The position numbers and the translations under genes are program-made. A stretch of 64,000 nt of DNA from Candidatus Omnitrophota bacterium (GTDB lineage: Bacteria; Omnitrophota; Gorgyraeia; JABMRN01; RBG-13-46-9). The stretch is from contig JABMQJ010000012.1 in NCBI GenBank assembly GCA_013203315.1, positions 6,402-70,401 of the forward strand, written 5' to 3'. Positions 11,421-21,225 of this stretch are shown here, one piece after another. Below the pieces are notes generated by a model. That model saw only the letters and a list, made by a program, of their open reading frames with translations, was not told the origin of the DNA and searched no databases. Every line of letters starts with the position of its first letter. Position 1 is the stretch's first letter.

Positions 11421-12977
11421 ATGCTTTTAAAAATAAAAAACCTAAAAATACAATTTACGCATGACGGAAAAGTCATGAAAGCCGTGGACGGTATTGACTT
11501 TGAAATAAAAGAAAACGAGGTCGTGGGGCTTGTAGGGGAATCCGGGAGCGGAAAAACCGTTACCGCACTTTCGATAATGAAACTGCTTCCGACAAAGGAT
11601 TGCACGACATCCGGCGAAATTATTTTTGAAGGAAAAGATTTAGCGATCTCAAATGAAAAAGAAATCCGGAGCGTAAGGGGCTCTAAAATAACGATGGTTT
11701 TCCAGGAACCGTTCACCTCGCTAAATCCTGTCATGAGAGCGGGGGAGCAAATAAGAGAGGCAATTTTTGCGCACAGGAAAATATCAAAAAAAGAAGCTGA
11801 AGAAAAAAGTATAAGCCTTTTAGAAAAAGTAAAGATAAGCGATCCTCACAGAATTTACGATTCTTACCCGCACCTTCTTTCCGGTGGGGAAAGGCAAAGG
11901 GTAATGATCGCGATGGCAATTGCAATGAGACCTAAGCTTTTGATTGCCGATGAGCCTACGACCGCGCTTGACGTAACTATACAATCCGAAATTTTGGAGC
12001 TTCTACTAGGGTTGAAAAAAGATCTAAATATGTCGGTTCTTTTTATCACTCATGATTTTGGCATCATAAATAAAGTTGCCGACAGGGTTCTTGTCTTAAA
12101 CGGCGGGAAAATCATAGAGAGAGGAGAGAAAAAGGATATTCTTTCCGCGCCCAAAGAAGATTACACGAAAAAACTTCTTCTCGCCGTTCCGAAGATTACC
12201 TTTGCACCCGGGAAAAAGGAAATGCCCGGTGAAAAAAGCGCGATAACGGCTGAAAAACTGAATAAGACTTTCATAATCGAAAATGGTATTTTTAAAAAAG
12301 ATGAAAATAGGGTGTGTGCGGTCAGAGATGTGAATTTGGAAATAAAAAAGGGAAGAACACTTGGCGTAGTCGGTGAGTCCGGTTCCGGCAAGACAACCCT
12401 GGGAAAACTTTTAATAGGTTTATTAAAACCCGATTCCGGCAGTATACGATATAGCCGGAAGACTGCCTTCGCATCCGGTATCCAGATTGTGTTCCAGGAC
12501 CCCTACAGTTCTTTGGATCCGCGGATGAGGATGCAGGACATCGTTCTTGAGGGTCTTACGATTAGTGGGGTGAATAAAGAGAAAAAGGAATCGGTTCTAC
12601 GGGACGTGCTTTTTAAAGTGCACTTAAATTATAAAAATCGGATGAAATACCCGCACCAGTTTTCAGGCGGACAAAGACAAAGAATCGCGATTGCGCGGGC
12701 GCTGGCAGTAAATCCGGAGATTCTGATCCTTGACGAACCCGTTTCAAGCCTGGACGTAATAATACAAAAAGAGATCTTAAATCTTTTAAGAGAACTCCAG
12801 AAGGAGTTTTGCCTTACTTACGTATTCATATCGCACGACTTACGTGTTGTCGAATATATGGCTGATAACGTTGCTGTGATGCAGAAAGGCGAGATTGTGG
12901 AGCTTGCGTCTCGCGACGAAATCTACCGCTCACCCAAACACCCTTACACAAAACGCCTCCTCTCAAGCGTGCTGTAA
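11421..12977 (+). CDS. Fused tandem ABC ATPase (OppD-OppF in one polypeptide)
   Basis: Two Walker A motifs (GESGSGKT x2). Two ABC signatures (LSGGERQRV, FSGGQRQRI). Two Walker B motifs (LLIADEPT, ILILDEPVS). Confidence 0.85.
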   Translation: MLLKIKNLKIQFTHDGKVMKAVDGIDFEIKENEVVGLVGESGSGKTVTALSIMKLLPTKDCTTSGEIIFEGKDLAISNEKEIRSVRGSKITMVFQEPFTSLNPVMRAGEQIREAIFAHRKISKKEAEEKSISLLEKVKISDPHRIYDSYPHLLSGGERQRVMIAMAIAMRPKLLIADEPTTALDVTIQSEILELLLGLKKDLNMSVLFITHDFGIINKVADRVLVLNGGKIIERGEKKDILSAPKEDYTKKLLLAVPKITFAPGKKEMPGEKSAITAEKLNKTFIIENGIFKKDENRVCAVRDVNLEIKKGRTLGVVGESGSGKTTLGKLLIGLLKPDSGSIRYSRKTAFASGIQIVFQDPYSSLDPRMRMQDIVLEGLTISGVNKEKKESVLRDVLFKVHLNYKNRMKYPHQFSGGQRQRIAIARALAVNPEILILDEPVSSLDVIIQKEILNLLRELQKEFCLTYVFISHDLRVVEYMADNVAVMQKGEIVELASRDEIYRSPKHPYTKRLLSSVL

Positions 12978-12978
12978 G

Positions 12979-13110
12979 TGTACCGTTTGCAATTTTCCGT
13001 CCAACCTGTCCCCAATTCTGAACGTAAAGGTGTCCCTTCTTTGCATTACTAGAGAGACATCTTTAATTTCAGAATTGGGGACAGGTTGCATTGAAAATTG
13101 CAAACGGTAC
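12979..13110. repeat. Large imperfect inverted repeat (43-44 nt arms, ~45 nt spacer that itself folds into a 9-bp hairpin)
   Basis: Left arm gtaccgtttgcaattttccgtccaacctgtccccaattctgaa (12979-13021). Right arm ttcagaattggggacaggttgcattgaaaattgcaaacggtac (13067-13110). Only a 5-nt internal mismatch. No U-tract follows. Confidence 0.8.
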
Positions 13111-13117
13111 AGAATCC

Positions 13118-13146
13118 TTGCAAATCAGGTGCTTTTATTGTATAAT
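13118..13146 (+). promoter_or_regulatory. Sigma70-type promoter TTGCAA-17-TATAAT upstream of otsA
   Basis: ttgcaa at 13118-13123, 17-nt spacer, tataat at 13141-13146. ~35 nt upstream of the otsA ATG with an AAGGAA SD. Confidence 0.55.
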
Positions 13147-13180
13147 ATTATACTCAAATAATAATAAATAAAGGAATGTC

Positions 13181-14650
13181 ATGCCCTGGACAAAAACGCA
13201 ACTCAACGAATCAATTAAGAAAATTATAGGCGATAGGCTGCTTATTATCGCATCCAACAGGGAACCCTATATACACACCTATAAAGAGGGTAAGGTTGAG
13301 TATATTCGGCCGATCGGCGGCGCTGTTACGGCATTGGATCCTGTTATGAGGGTTACCAAGGGAACGTGGGTAGCCTACGGAAGCGGAAATGCCGACAAAG
13401 ACGTTGTAGATAAGAAGAACGAAGTAAAAGTCCCTCCCGAAAACCCCAAATATAAACTGAGAAGAATATGGCTCTCTAAGGACGAGGAAAACGGTTACTA
13501 TTATGGGTATTCCAACAAAGCAATGTGGCCGCTTTGCCACATGGCTTATACAAGGCCCGCTTTCGACGATGTAGACTGGGCTTACTATAAAATCGTAAAC
13601 CAGAAATTCGCCGACACGATTCTTGATATCGTCAAGGACCAAAAGGCCTTCGTGTGGATACAGGATTATCATCTTTTGCTTTTGAGTAAACTTTTGAAGG
13701 AAAAAAACAAGAACCTGATTACCGCTCACTTTCTTCATATACCATGGCCCAATCCCGAAGCATTCCGCATATGCCCGCAAAAAAACGAGATACTTGAAGG
13801 GCTTCTGTCAAATAACCTTTTGGGATTTCACATAAGGTACCACTGCAGTAATTTTATGGAGACCGTTAAGCTGGAAATGGAGGCAAGGATTGACACCGAA
13901 AGGACATCCGTTGTTTACGGGGGGCACGAGACGCTTGTGAGGGCATTTCCTATAAGCGTGGATTTTGCGGAAATATCCGAGCAGGCCGAATCAAAAGAAG
14001 TTAAAAGCGCGATGAAAAAATTAAGGCACGAATTTTCGATAGAAAATGACGTTTTTATCATGGTCGGCTTAGACAGAATAGATTACACAAAAGGCATAGT
14101 TGAGAAGATTAGGGCAGTGGACCGTTTCTTCGAAAAATTTCCCGAATATAAAGGCAAGGTCACGTTCATTCAAAAGGGTGGCTTGAGCAGAATGCATATA
14201 CCCGAATACAAAGAGCTGAACGATACCCTAAACAGGTTGGTAGAGGAAGTAAACTGGAAGCATTCGACCGAAAAGTGGTACCCGATTTTACTTATCAGGC
14301 GCCACATGTCGAGAACAGGGATCATTGCTTTATATAAGATGGCAAACGCGTGCCTGGTGAGTCCCTTGCACGACGGAATGAATCTGGTCTGCAAAGAGTT
14401 TATAGCGACGAAAAACGATTTAAACGGCGTTTTAATCTTGAGCCAGTTTACCGGCGCAGCCAGGGAACTGGACGATGCGATATTCGTAAATCCTTACGAC
14501 AGGGAGAATTTCGCCATAATGCTGAAAGAAGCCGTAGAACTTCCCGATTCAAAAAAGAAAAAAAGGATGAAACGCTTAAGAAGCGTCGTAAAGGAAAATA
14601 ATATTTACAAATGGGCGGGAAAATTCTTAGAAGAATTAAAAAAGATTTAG
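13181..14650 (+). CDS. otsA: Trehalose-6-phosphate synthase (GT20)
   Basis: 489 aa. YGYSNKAMWPLCH, FLHIPWP and LVGLDRIDYTKG motifs typical of OtsA. Confidence 0.9.
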   Translation: MPWTKTQLNESIKKIIGDRLLIIASNREPYIHTYKEGKVEYIRPIGGAVTALDPVMRVTKGTWVAYGSGNADKDVVDKKNEVKVPPENPKYKLRRIWLSKDEENGYYYGYSNKAMWPLCHMAYTRPAFDDVDWAYYKIVNQKFADTILDIVKDQKAFVWIQDYHLLLLSKLLKEKNKNLITAHFLHIPWPNPEAFRICPQKNEILEGLLSNNLLGFHIRYHCSNFMETVKLEMEARIDTERTSVVYGGHETLVRAFPISVDFAEISEQAESKEVKSAMKKLRHEFSIENDVFIMVGLDRIDYTKGIVEKIRAVDRFFEKFPEYKGKVTFIQKGGLSRMHIPEYKELNDTLNRLVEEVNWKHSTEKWYPILLIRRHMSRTGIIALYKMANACLVSPLHDGMNLVCKEFIATKNDLNGVLILSQFTGAARELDDAIFVNPYDRENFAIMLKEAVELPDSKKKKRMKRLRSVVKENNIYKWAGKFLEELKKI

Positions 14651-15405
14651 CGGCACGAATTAAGGGCGCGAAAAGAGTAATATTTTTCCTGGATTACGAC
14701 GGCACGTTAGTCCCCATCAAGAAGAGACCATCCCTCGCCAAAATTCATAAAAATACAAAAAACCTCCTTAAGAAACTGGCAAATACTCCTCCTGCAAAAA
14801 TTTTCATCATAAGCGGCCGCTCATTAAAAGACGTAAAAAAGTTGGTCGGCATAAAATCCCTCTACTATATAGGCAACCACGGCATGGAACTCGAGGGCCC
14901 ACGCTTAAAATACGTAAACAAATCAGCAAATGCTTTAAAAACTTTTATGCAAAAAAGTTGCCAAATGCTGAAAAAGAGGGTACACTTAAGAGGTGTTGTT
15001 TTAGAAGACAAGACTTACACCTTGAGTTTGCATTATAGACTGGTTGATCCGGGTAAGGTGAAGGCCCTAAAAAAAGTTTTTTTTGAAACATTAAAGCGCG
15101 CTAAAAGTGAAAAAAAGATAAAGGTTACCGAGGGCAAAAAAGTCTTAGAAGTCCGGCCGAATATAAAGTGGGATAAAGGAAAAATATTAAATCAGGTTTT
15201 AAGAGGCATGGGGCAAAAAGGCACCTTGGCTATTTGTATAGGCGATGATAAGACGGACGAAGATGCCTTTAGGGCGCTCGGGAAAAAGGGAGTAAGCATA
15301 GTCGTTTCGAGAAAGTCCAGAAAAACACGAGCGCAGTACAGGCTAAAATCTCCGAAGGAAGTTTTGAATTTATTAAAATGGTGCAGGCATGAACTGGTGG
15401 ACTAA
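14611..15405 (+). CDS. otsB: Trehalose-6-phosphate phosphatase (HAD family)
   Basis: FLDYDGTL HAD motif I, GDDKTDEDAF motif. 264 aa, immediately after otsA with a 40-nt overlap. Confidence 0.85.
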   Translation: MGGKILRRIKKDLAARIKGAKRVIFFLDYDGTLVPIKKRPSLAKIHKNTKNLLKKLANTPPAKIFIISGRSLKDVKKLVGIKSLYYIGNHGMELEGPRLKYVNKSANALKTFMQKSCQMLKKRVHLRGVVLEDKTYTLSLHYRLVDPGKVKALKKVFFETLKRAKSEKKIKVTEGKKVLEVRPNIKWDKGKILNQVLRGMGQKGTLAICIGDDKTDEDAFRALGKKGVSIVVSRKSRKTRAQYRLKSPKEVLNLLKWCRHELVD

Positions 15406-16066
15406 AAAATCATCGAATCCTTTTCAATTTTACACGAGCGTTAAGCTAAGAGAGGTAACGGGGAGAAAAGCCCGTACATTGCGGGAGCTTGTGGAAATTA
15501 TAAAAGAGGTTTCGGGCTCGGTCATATATTATCATACACACGTTTTTCTGCAGAGGCATCAGAACATTTCACCGGAACCGCCGAACGATTTCGCGTTTTG
15601 GGTGTCATCTACTTTGGGGGAGAACAAATTAAGCGAGGAATTGGCAAGCATAGATATATGCGAGTTTAGCACTATTCGTGAGCTTAGAGAAAGAATAATA
15701 AAAACAATAGAAAATCATTTATTCGAAACAAAAGAGCCCCAGAGATATGCGTTGCAGGGAAAAGAATTCGAGTTTATAAAAGCTCACAGCATTGTCATGC
15801 CTGCCGGTTTTACGGCGCATAACCTTAAAGAATTCGCGACAATCCTGGAGAAGGTTACCATTCATTCGATATATTTTCATATATTTGAGGCAAGATTAAG
15901 GCTGGAGAAAGCCGTCAATGACTTTGCATTCTGGATAGGTACTTCGGTAGGCTCTCCGGAGCTTGCAAAGATTATCGAATCGCTCGATCCTTATACGTTT
16001 ACCGGAGAGGGTTTGAGGCGGGAATTGATAAAGATCATAAACGATTGGTGTACCACGCATAAATAA
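15389..16066 (+). CDS. Hypothetical protein with an internal two-fold repeat (NDFAFW ... SL/ELA ... motif twice), embedded in the trehalose cluster
   Basis: 225 aa, no TM or signal. The halves ...YYHTHVFLQRH...NDFAFWVSSTLGENKLSEEL... and ...IYFHIFEARLR...NDFAFWIGTSVGSPELAKII... are clearly homologous. Overlaps the otsB stop by 17 nt. Confidence 0.6.
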   Translation: MNWWTKKSSNPFQFYTSVKLREVTGRKARTLRELVEIIKEVSGSVIYYHTHVFLQRHQNISPEPPNDFAFWVSSTLGENKLSEELASIDICEFSTIRELRERIIKTIENHLFETKEPQRYALQGKEFEFIKAHSIVMPAGFTAHNLKEFATILEKVTIHSIYFHIFEARLRLEKAVNDFAFWIGTSVGSPELAKIIESLDPYTFTGEGLRRELIKIINDWCTTHK

Positions 16067-16077
16067 TAGGGCCTAAA

Positions 16078-17295
16078 ATGAAAATAGCGGATTACGAGAA
16101 ATTAGTAGGTAAGGACATAATTTACGAACTGACGCTTCTTGCCAAGAAACTTAAACGAAAGAAGATACAGTGCATAAATTCCACGCGTGTTGGCGGCGGC
16201 GTCGCGGAAATACTTTCCCGGCTCATTCCTCTTTTAAACGATTTGGGAATTGACGCCACATGGGACGTGATAGCCGCGGACACCGATTATTTTAATGTAA
16301 CCAAGGCTTTTCATAATGCCTTGCACGGCAGAAAAGTCGACATCAATCAAAGCATGTTTGATAAGTTTTTGAGCACCGGGAAAAAGATTTTAAAGGATAC
16401 TAAAATATACGGCGATATCGTTTTTGTTCACGATCCGCAGCCAATGATGCTGGTAGATGCGAAGAGCAGGGGAAATAAATGGCTCTGGCGTTGCCATGTT
16501 GATGTCTCGCGGCCTTACCCGGAAGTGTGGGAATTTTTGCGCAAGTACATAGAAAAATATGACAGCTCGATATTTTCAAGCCCAAAGTTTGCCAGTAAGC
16601 TCGATATTCCGCAGTTTTTAGTGGCGCCTTCCATAGATCCTTTTAGCGAAAAAAATAGAGACCTCACTAAAACCGAAATTGACACCGCCCTTGCAAGATA
16701 CGGCATCGAAAGGGATAAGCCTATAATAACCCAGGTATCAAGATTTGATTATTTAAAGGATCCTGTCGGCGTGATAGATGCGTATAGGCTTGTTAAAAAA
16801 TATATAGATTGCCAGCTTATCTTAGCCGGAAATGAAGCCGCCGATGACCCGGAAATGGACATGGTTTATAAGGATATTATGCAGCACAAGGGCGACGACC
16901 CGGACATACATGTGCTATTAATAAAACCGGAAAATAACGACCTTGACGTAAATGCCATCCAACGCGCAAGCGCTGTGGTTATCCAGAAATCAATAAGGGA
17001 AGGATTTGCCCTTACCGTAACAGAAGCTCTTTGGAAGGAAAGGCCTGTTGTCGCCTCAGCTGTCGGAGGAATTCCGCTACAGATAAGCCACGGACATAGC
17101 GGCCTTTTATGCCACACAGTCGGAGGAGCAGCCCTCCATATAAGGGAGCTTCTTCATAGCCCCGAGTACGCCAGACAGCTTGGTAAAAACGCCAAAGAGC
17201 ATGTCCGGCGTAACTTCTTATCCACCCGCCACTTACGTGATTATATGATGCTCTTCCTCTATCTCTACAACCCCCAGGACATTATTTACCTCTAA
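16078..17295 (+). CDS. treT: GT4 glycosyltransferase resembling trehalose glycosyltransferring synthase (TreT)
   Basis: 405 aa. NSTRVGGGVAEIL, WRCHVDVS, IITQVSRFD and SIREGFALTVTEALWKERPV blocks match my recollection of archaeal/Thermotogae TreT. The assignment is from memory of motifs, not a search. Confidence 0.55.
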   Translation: MKIADYEKLVGKDIIYELTLLAKKLKRKKIQCINSTRVGGGVAEILSRLIPLLNDLGIDATWDVIAADTDYFNVTKAFHNALHGRKVDINQSMFDKFLSTGKKILKDTKIYGDIVFVHDPQPMMLVDAKSRGNKWLWRCHVDVSRPYPEVWEFLRKYIEKYDSSIFSSPKFASKLDIPQFLVAPSIDPFSEKNRDLTKTEIDTALARYGIERDKPIITQVSRFDYLKDPVGVIDAYRLVKKYIDCQLILAGNEAADDPEMDMVYKDIMQHKGDDPDIHVLLIKPENNDLDVNAIQRASAVVIQKSIREGFALTVTEALWKERPVVASAVGGIPLQISHGHSGLLCHTVGGAALHIRELLHSPEYARQLGKNAKEHVRRNFLSTRHLRDYMMLFLYLYNPQDIIYL

Positions 17296-17304
17296 AAAAA
17301 ACCG

Positions 17305-17332
17305 TTGCATTTTATTTATAAAGTGGTACAAT
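17305..17332 (+). promoter_or_regulatory. Promoter TTGCAT-16-(TG)gTACAAT; predicted start site only ~3-4 nt before the leuC ATG (near-leaderless)
   Basis: ttgcat at 17305-17310, extended -10 tggtacaat at 17324-17332, leuC ATG at 17343. Confidence 0.5.
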
Positions 17333-17342
17333 TACACGCTAT

Positions 17343-18623
17343 ATGGGATATACTATAACTGAAAAAATATTACGGGCGCACATTACCAAGAAATCCATAA
17401 ACCCCGGCGATTTCATTAACGCCAAGGTGGATTTTTGCCTGGGAAACGATATAACCGCCCCGATAGCGATTAATGAATTCCGCAGGACAGGCGCAAAAAA
17501 AGTATTCGACAAGACAAGGATCGCCCTCATACCCGACCACTTCACACCTGCAAAGGACCTAAGAAGCGCCAACCAGGCGAAGATGCTCTGTGAATTCGCA
17601 AAAGAGCACAAAATCGAGCATTATTACGAAGTCGGCAGAATGGGCGTCGAGCATGCGCTTTTACCTGAATTAGGATTGGTCCTGCCGGGCAATCTTGTTG
17701 TAGGCGCTGATTCACATACGTGTACTTACGGGGCGCTGGGATGTTTTTCAACGGGTGTGGGTTCAACAGATTTGGCGGCCGCGTTTATAAAAGGAGAATG
17801 CTGGTTTAAGGTTCCCGAGACGATTAAGTTCGTTTATCACGGAAAGCTAAAAAAGTGGGTAAGCGGTAAGGACCTAATACTCTATACGATCGGCCAGATT
17901 GGTGTAGACGGGGCGCTTAATAAGGCGATGGAGTTTACCGGGGAAGCGATAAAAGCGCTTCCAATGGATGACAGGTTCAGCATTTGCAATATGGCCATAG
18001 AGGCAGGCGGAAAAAACGGTATTATCGAACCCGACAAAGCTACGGTAAGTTACGTAAATGCCGCTATAAGAAAAAATAAACCGAAAAGGAAAGGTTTTAA
18101 ATTATATAAAAGCGACAAAGACGCAAACTACGCGGATGTAAAAGAATTTGATGCCTCAAAAATCGAGCCGCAGGTAAGTTTTCCGCATCTTCCGAGTAAC
18201 GCGAAGCCCGTAACCAAGGCAAAGAATATAAATATTGATCAGGTGGTTATCGGCTCGTGCACAAACGGCAGAATAAGTGATTTAGAAATAGCCGCCAAGA
18301 TTCTAAAGGGAAGAAAAGCAAAGCAAGGCGTGCGGCTTATAATCATACCGGCAACGCAGGCGATTTATCTCGAGGCCGTAAAACTGGGATTTGCAAAGAC
18401 CTTTATTGATGCAGGAGGAGTTTTTTCAACGCCGAGCTGCGGACCGTGTTTGGGAGGGCATCTCGGGATACTCGCAGAAGGCGAACGCGCGATCGCAACG
18501 ACGAATCGGAATTTCGTAGGAAGGATGGGGCACCCTAAATCTGAGGTTTATCTTGCCTCGCCGGCAGTAGCAGCAGCAAGCGCTATCAGGGGACGCATAG
18601 CGCACCCGAAAGAGGTCGTGTAA
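17343..18623 (+). CDS. leuC: 3-isopropylmalate dehydratase large subunit (short archaeal-type LeuC/aconitase family)
   Basis: 426 aa. [11 protein letters not shown]-terminus, aconitase-family Cys ligands (GSCTNGR, CGPCLG). Confidence 0.85.
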   Translation: MGYTITEKILRAHITKKSINPGDFINAKVDFCLGNDITAPIAINEFRRTGAKKVFDKTRIALIPDHFTPAKDLRSANQAKMLCEFAKEHKIEHYYEVGRMGVEHALLPELGLVLPGNLVVGADSHTCTYGALGCFSTGVGSTDLAAAFIKGECWFKVPETIKFVYHGKLKKWVSGKDLILYTIGQIGVDGALNKAMEFTGEAIKALPMDDRFSICNMAIEAGGKNGIIEPDKATVSYVNAAIRKNKPKRKGFKLYKSDKDANYADVKEFDASKIEPQVSFPHLPSNAKPVTKAKNINIDQVVIGSCTNGRISDLEIAAKILKGRKAKQGVRLIIIPATQAIYLEAVKLGFAKTFIDAGGVFSTPSCGPCLGGHLGILAEGERAIATTNRNFVGRMGHPKSEVYLASPAVAAASAIRGRIAHPKEVV

Positions 18624-19105
18624 TGAAATACAAAGGCAAAGCGCACAAGTTCGGAGACAACATAAACACCGACGATATCATACCGGCGAAGTATCTAAAC
18701 ATACATGACGCCGTAGAGCTCGGTAAGTTCTGCATGGAGCATGTCGATAAGAATTTCGCGAAGAAAGTAAAAAAAGGCGACATTATAGTTGGTGGCAAAA
18801 ACTTTGGATGCGGTTCCTCAAGAGAGCATGCGCCTATCGCCATTAAAGGTTGCGGTGTATCGTGCGTCATAGCCGAGACTTTTGCGAGAATTTTTTATAG
18901 AAACGCCATCAATATCGGCCTTCCGGTAGTTACTTCGAGTGAAGCTGCGAAAGGCGTAAAAGAAGGAAACGCAGTAGAAGTTGATACTCATAAAGGCGTG
19001 ATTAAAAACATATCGAAGAAGAAAGAATATAAAACAGAGGCGTATCCGCCGTTCCTAGAGAAAATAATCAAAAAGGGCGGATTGCTTAACGCAATTAAGA
19101 GGTAA
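18623..19105 (+). CDS. leuD: 3-isopropylmalate dehydratase small subunit
   Basis: 160 aa. GDNINTDDIIPA, GCGSSREHAP motifs. Start overlaps the leuC stop. Confidence 0.85.
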   Translation: MKYKGKAHKFGDNINTDDIIPAKYLNIHDAVELGKFCMEHVDKNFAKKVKKGDIIVGGKNFGCGSSREHAPIAIKGCGVSCVIAETFARIFYRNAINIGLPVVTSSEAAKGVKEGNAVEVDTHKGVIKNISKKKEYKTEAYPPFLEKIIKKGGLLNAIKR

Positions 19106-19116
19106 AGGAGACACGA

Positions 19117-20163
19117 GTGTACAAAATAGCAGTGATTCCCGGTGACGGCACAGGCCCGGAGGTCGTGCACGAAGGCCTAAAAGTTCTAGAAGCGGTTTCA
19201 AAGAAAACCGGATTCAAGTATGAAAAAATAATGTACGATTTAGGCGGCGAGAGATATAAAAAGACGAAAGAAGTCTTACCTGACTCTGTACTTGAAGAAT
19301 TAAAGAAGGTAGACGTGATATATCTGGGCGCAGTCGGACATCCGGACGTAAAACCGGGCATCCTTGAAAAGGGCCTACTTTTAAAGCTCAGATTCAGTCT
19401 GAAGCAGTATATTAATCTAAGGCCGGTTGTGCTTTATCCCGGTGTCTGGACGCCTCTTAAAGATAAGGGCCCTAAAGATATAGATTTTGTAGTGGTGCGT
19501 GAAAATAACGAGGGGCTTTACGTGGGCGAGGGCGAATTTCAAAATAAGGGAACCAAGGATGAAATTGCAATCCAGGTTTCCCGGAACAGCCGAAAGGGCG
19601 TCGAGAGATGTCTGAGGTATGCTTTTGAATATACCCGAAAACGCAACAAAAGAAAACAACTTACTCTTTGCGGCAAAACCAACGTTTTAACGTATGCATT
19701 TGATTTGTGGGATAGGACATTTAACGAGCTCGCAAAGGAATACAAGGATATAAAAACCGATTATACACATGTTGACGCTACATGCATGTGGATGGTGAAG
19801 AATCCGGAGTGGTTTGACGTGATCGTGACAGACAACATGTTTGGCGATATCATTACGGATTTAGGCGCGATGATACAGGGCGGCATGGGTATTGCTGCCG
19901 GAGGAAATTTAAATCCCGAAGGCGTCTCCATGTTTGAGCCGATAGGCGGTTCTGCCCCGAAATACACGGGCAAAAATGTAATAAATCCGCTAGCAGCCAT
20001 AGCCGCGCTTTCGATGCTACTGGATGAAATCGGTGAAGAAAAAGCGTCAAAGATGATTGAGGAGTCGATTAAAAAAGTTACTACAAAGATGAAATCTATG
20101 TCGGCCGGTAAGATGGGGTATTCTACGACAGAAGTCGGCGACTTGGTGGTTAAAAATTTATAG
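19117..20163 (+). CDS. leuB: 3-isopropylmalate dehydrogenase (isocitrate/isopropylmalate DH family)
   Basis: 348 aa, GTG start. [14 protein letters not shown]-terminus, NMFGDIITD and GSAPKYTG motifs. Confidence 0.8.
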   Translation: MYKIAVIPGDGTGPEVVHEGLKVLEAVSKKTGFKYEKIMYDLGGERYKKTKEVLPDSVLEELKKVDVIYLGAVGHPDVKPGILEKGLLLKLRFSLKQYINLRPVVLYPGVWTPLKDKGPKDIDFVVVRENNEGLYVGEGEFQNKGTKDEIAIQVSRNSRKGVERCLRYAFEYTRKRNKRKQLTLCGKTNVLTYAFDLWDRTFNELAKEYKDIKTDYTHVDATCMWMVKNPEWFDVIVTDNMFGDIITDLGAMIQGGMGIAAGGNLNPEGVSMFEPIGGSAPKYTGKNVINPLAAIAALSMLLDEIGEEKASKMIEESIKKVTTKMKSMSAGKMGYSTTEVGDLVVKNL

Positions 20164-20172
20164 AGGCAAACA

Positions 20173-21225
20173 ATGTTAAAGAAAAAAGATAAATATAATG
20201 TCGCGATAATGGGCGCAACCGGCGCCGTAGGCAGTGAGTTTTTATCAATTCTCGAAGAGAGAAATTTCCCCATTAAGGAGCTCAAGCTTCTGGCATCCGA
20301 GAGATCAAAAGGCAAGAACCTCAAATTTAAGAAGAAAAATTACCCGGTCGAAGTCCTTACCCACAAATCGTTCAAGGGCATAGACATAGTTCTTGCAAGC
20401 GCAGGTGCGTCAAGGAGCCTTGAATTTTTGCCAAGCGCCGTAAAGGCAGGCGCTGTATGTGTAGACAATTCAAGCGCTTTTAGAATGAAAGACGATGTTC
20501 CCCTGGTTGTCCCTGAGGTAAATCCGGATGAAACTTATAGCCACAAAGGTATTATAGCTAACCCGAACTGCTCAACCATACAGGCTGTGGTAGCACTGGG
20601 CCCTTTACATAAACAGGCGAAAATAAAAAGAGTTGTCGCTTCTACTTATCAGTCTGTTTCCGGCGCCGGACAGAAACATATCCTGGAGCTCGAAAAGCAG
20701 GTCGAGACCATCGAAAAGACTGTCGACAACTGGATCGTGGGCCATCACAGCGTGGATAAGTTCTTAATAAAGCAATTCCCGCATCAGATAGCATTCAATC
20801 TCATTCCCCAGATAGATGTATTTATGGAAAACGCCTACACCAAAGAAGAAATGAAGCTTGTTCATGAAACCAGGAAGATTATGGGCGATCCTTCGATGAG
20901 GATTACCTGCACTTCTATTCGTGTGCCCGTATTCTTTGCCCATTCGGAAAGCATAAATATAGAAACCGAAAAGAAGCTAAGCGCAGACGATGCAAGAAAA
21001 ATTCTTTCAAAAGCGCCCGGTATCCGGGTTATAGACGACCCCGCTAAACAAAAATATCCCATGCCTCTTAACGCGGAAGGAAAGAACGAGGTCTTCGTAG
21101 GCCGCATTCGCGAAGACGAGTCAGTCGAAAACGGATTAAACCTCTGGGTTGTCAGTGACAACCTGCGTAAAGGGGCCGCACTTAACACGATCCAGATCGC
21201 GGAACTGCTTATAAAACATGCCTAA
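20173..21225 (+). CDS. asd: Aspartate-semialdehyde dehydrogenase
   Basis: 350 aa. [12 protein letters not shown]-terminus, catalytic [20 protein letters not shown]. Confidence 0.9.
   Translation: MLKKKDKYNVAIMGATGAVGSEFLSILEERNFPIKELKLLASERSKGKNLKFKKKNYPVEVLTHKSFKGIDIVLASAGASRSLEFLPSAVKAGAVCVDNSSAFRMKDDVPLVVPEVNPDETYSHKGIIANPNCSTIQAVVALGPLHKQAKIKRVVASTYQSVSGAGQKHILELEKQVETIEKTVDNWIVGHHSVDKFLIKQFPHQIAFNLIPQIDVFMENAYTKEEMKLVHETRKIMGDPSMRITCTSIRVPVFFAHSESINIETEKKLSADDARKILSKAPGIRVIDDPAKQKYPMPLNAEGKNEVFVGRIREDESVENGLNLWVVSDNLRKGAALNTIQIAELLIKHA

Noticed and set aside
12895-13161. 88-aa + strand ORF between oppDF and otsA
   Set aside because: It is simply the translation of the 132-nt inverted repeat and the otsA promoter. 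It starts inside oppDF and has no SD.
14350-14601. 83-aa basic ORF inside otsA (alternate frame)
   Set aside because: Entirely internal to the otsA reading frame. Lys/Arg-rich low-complexity product.
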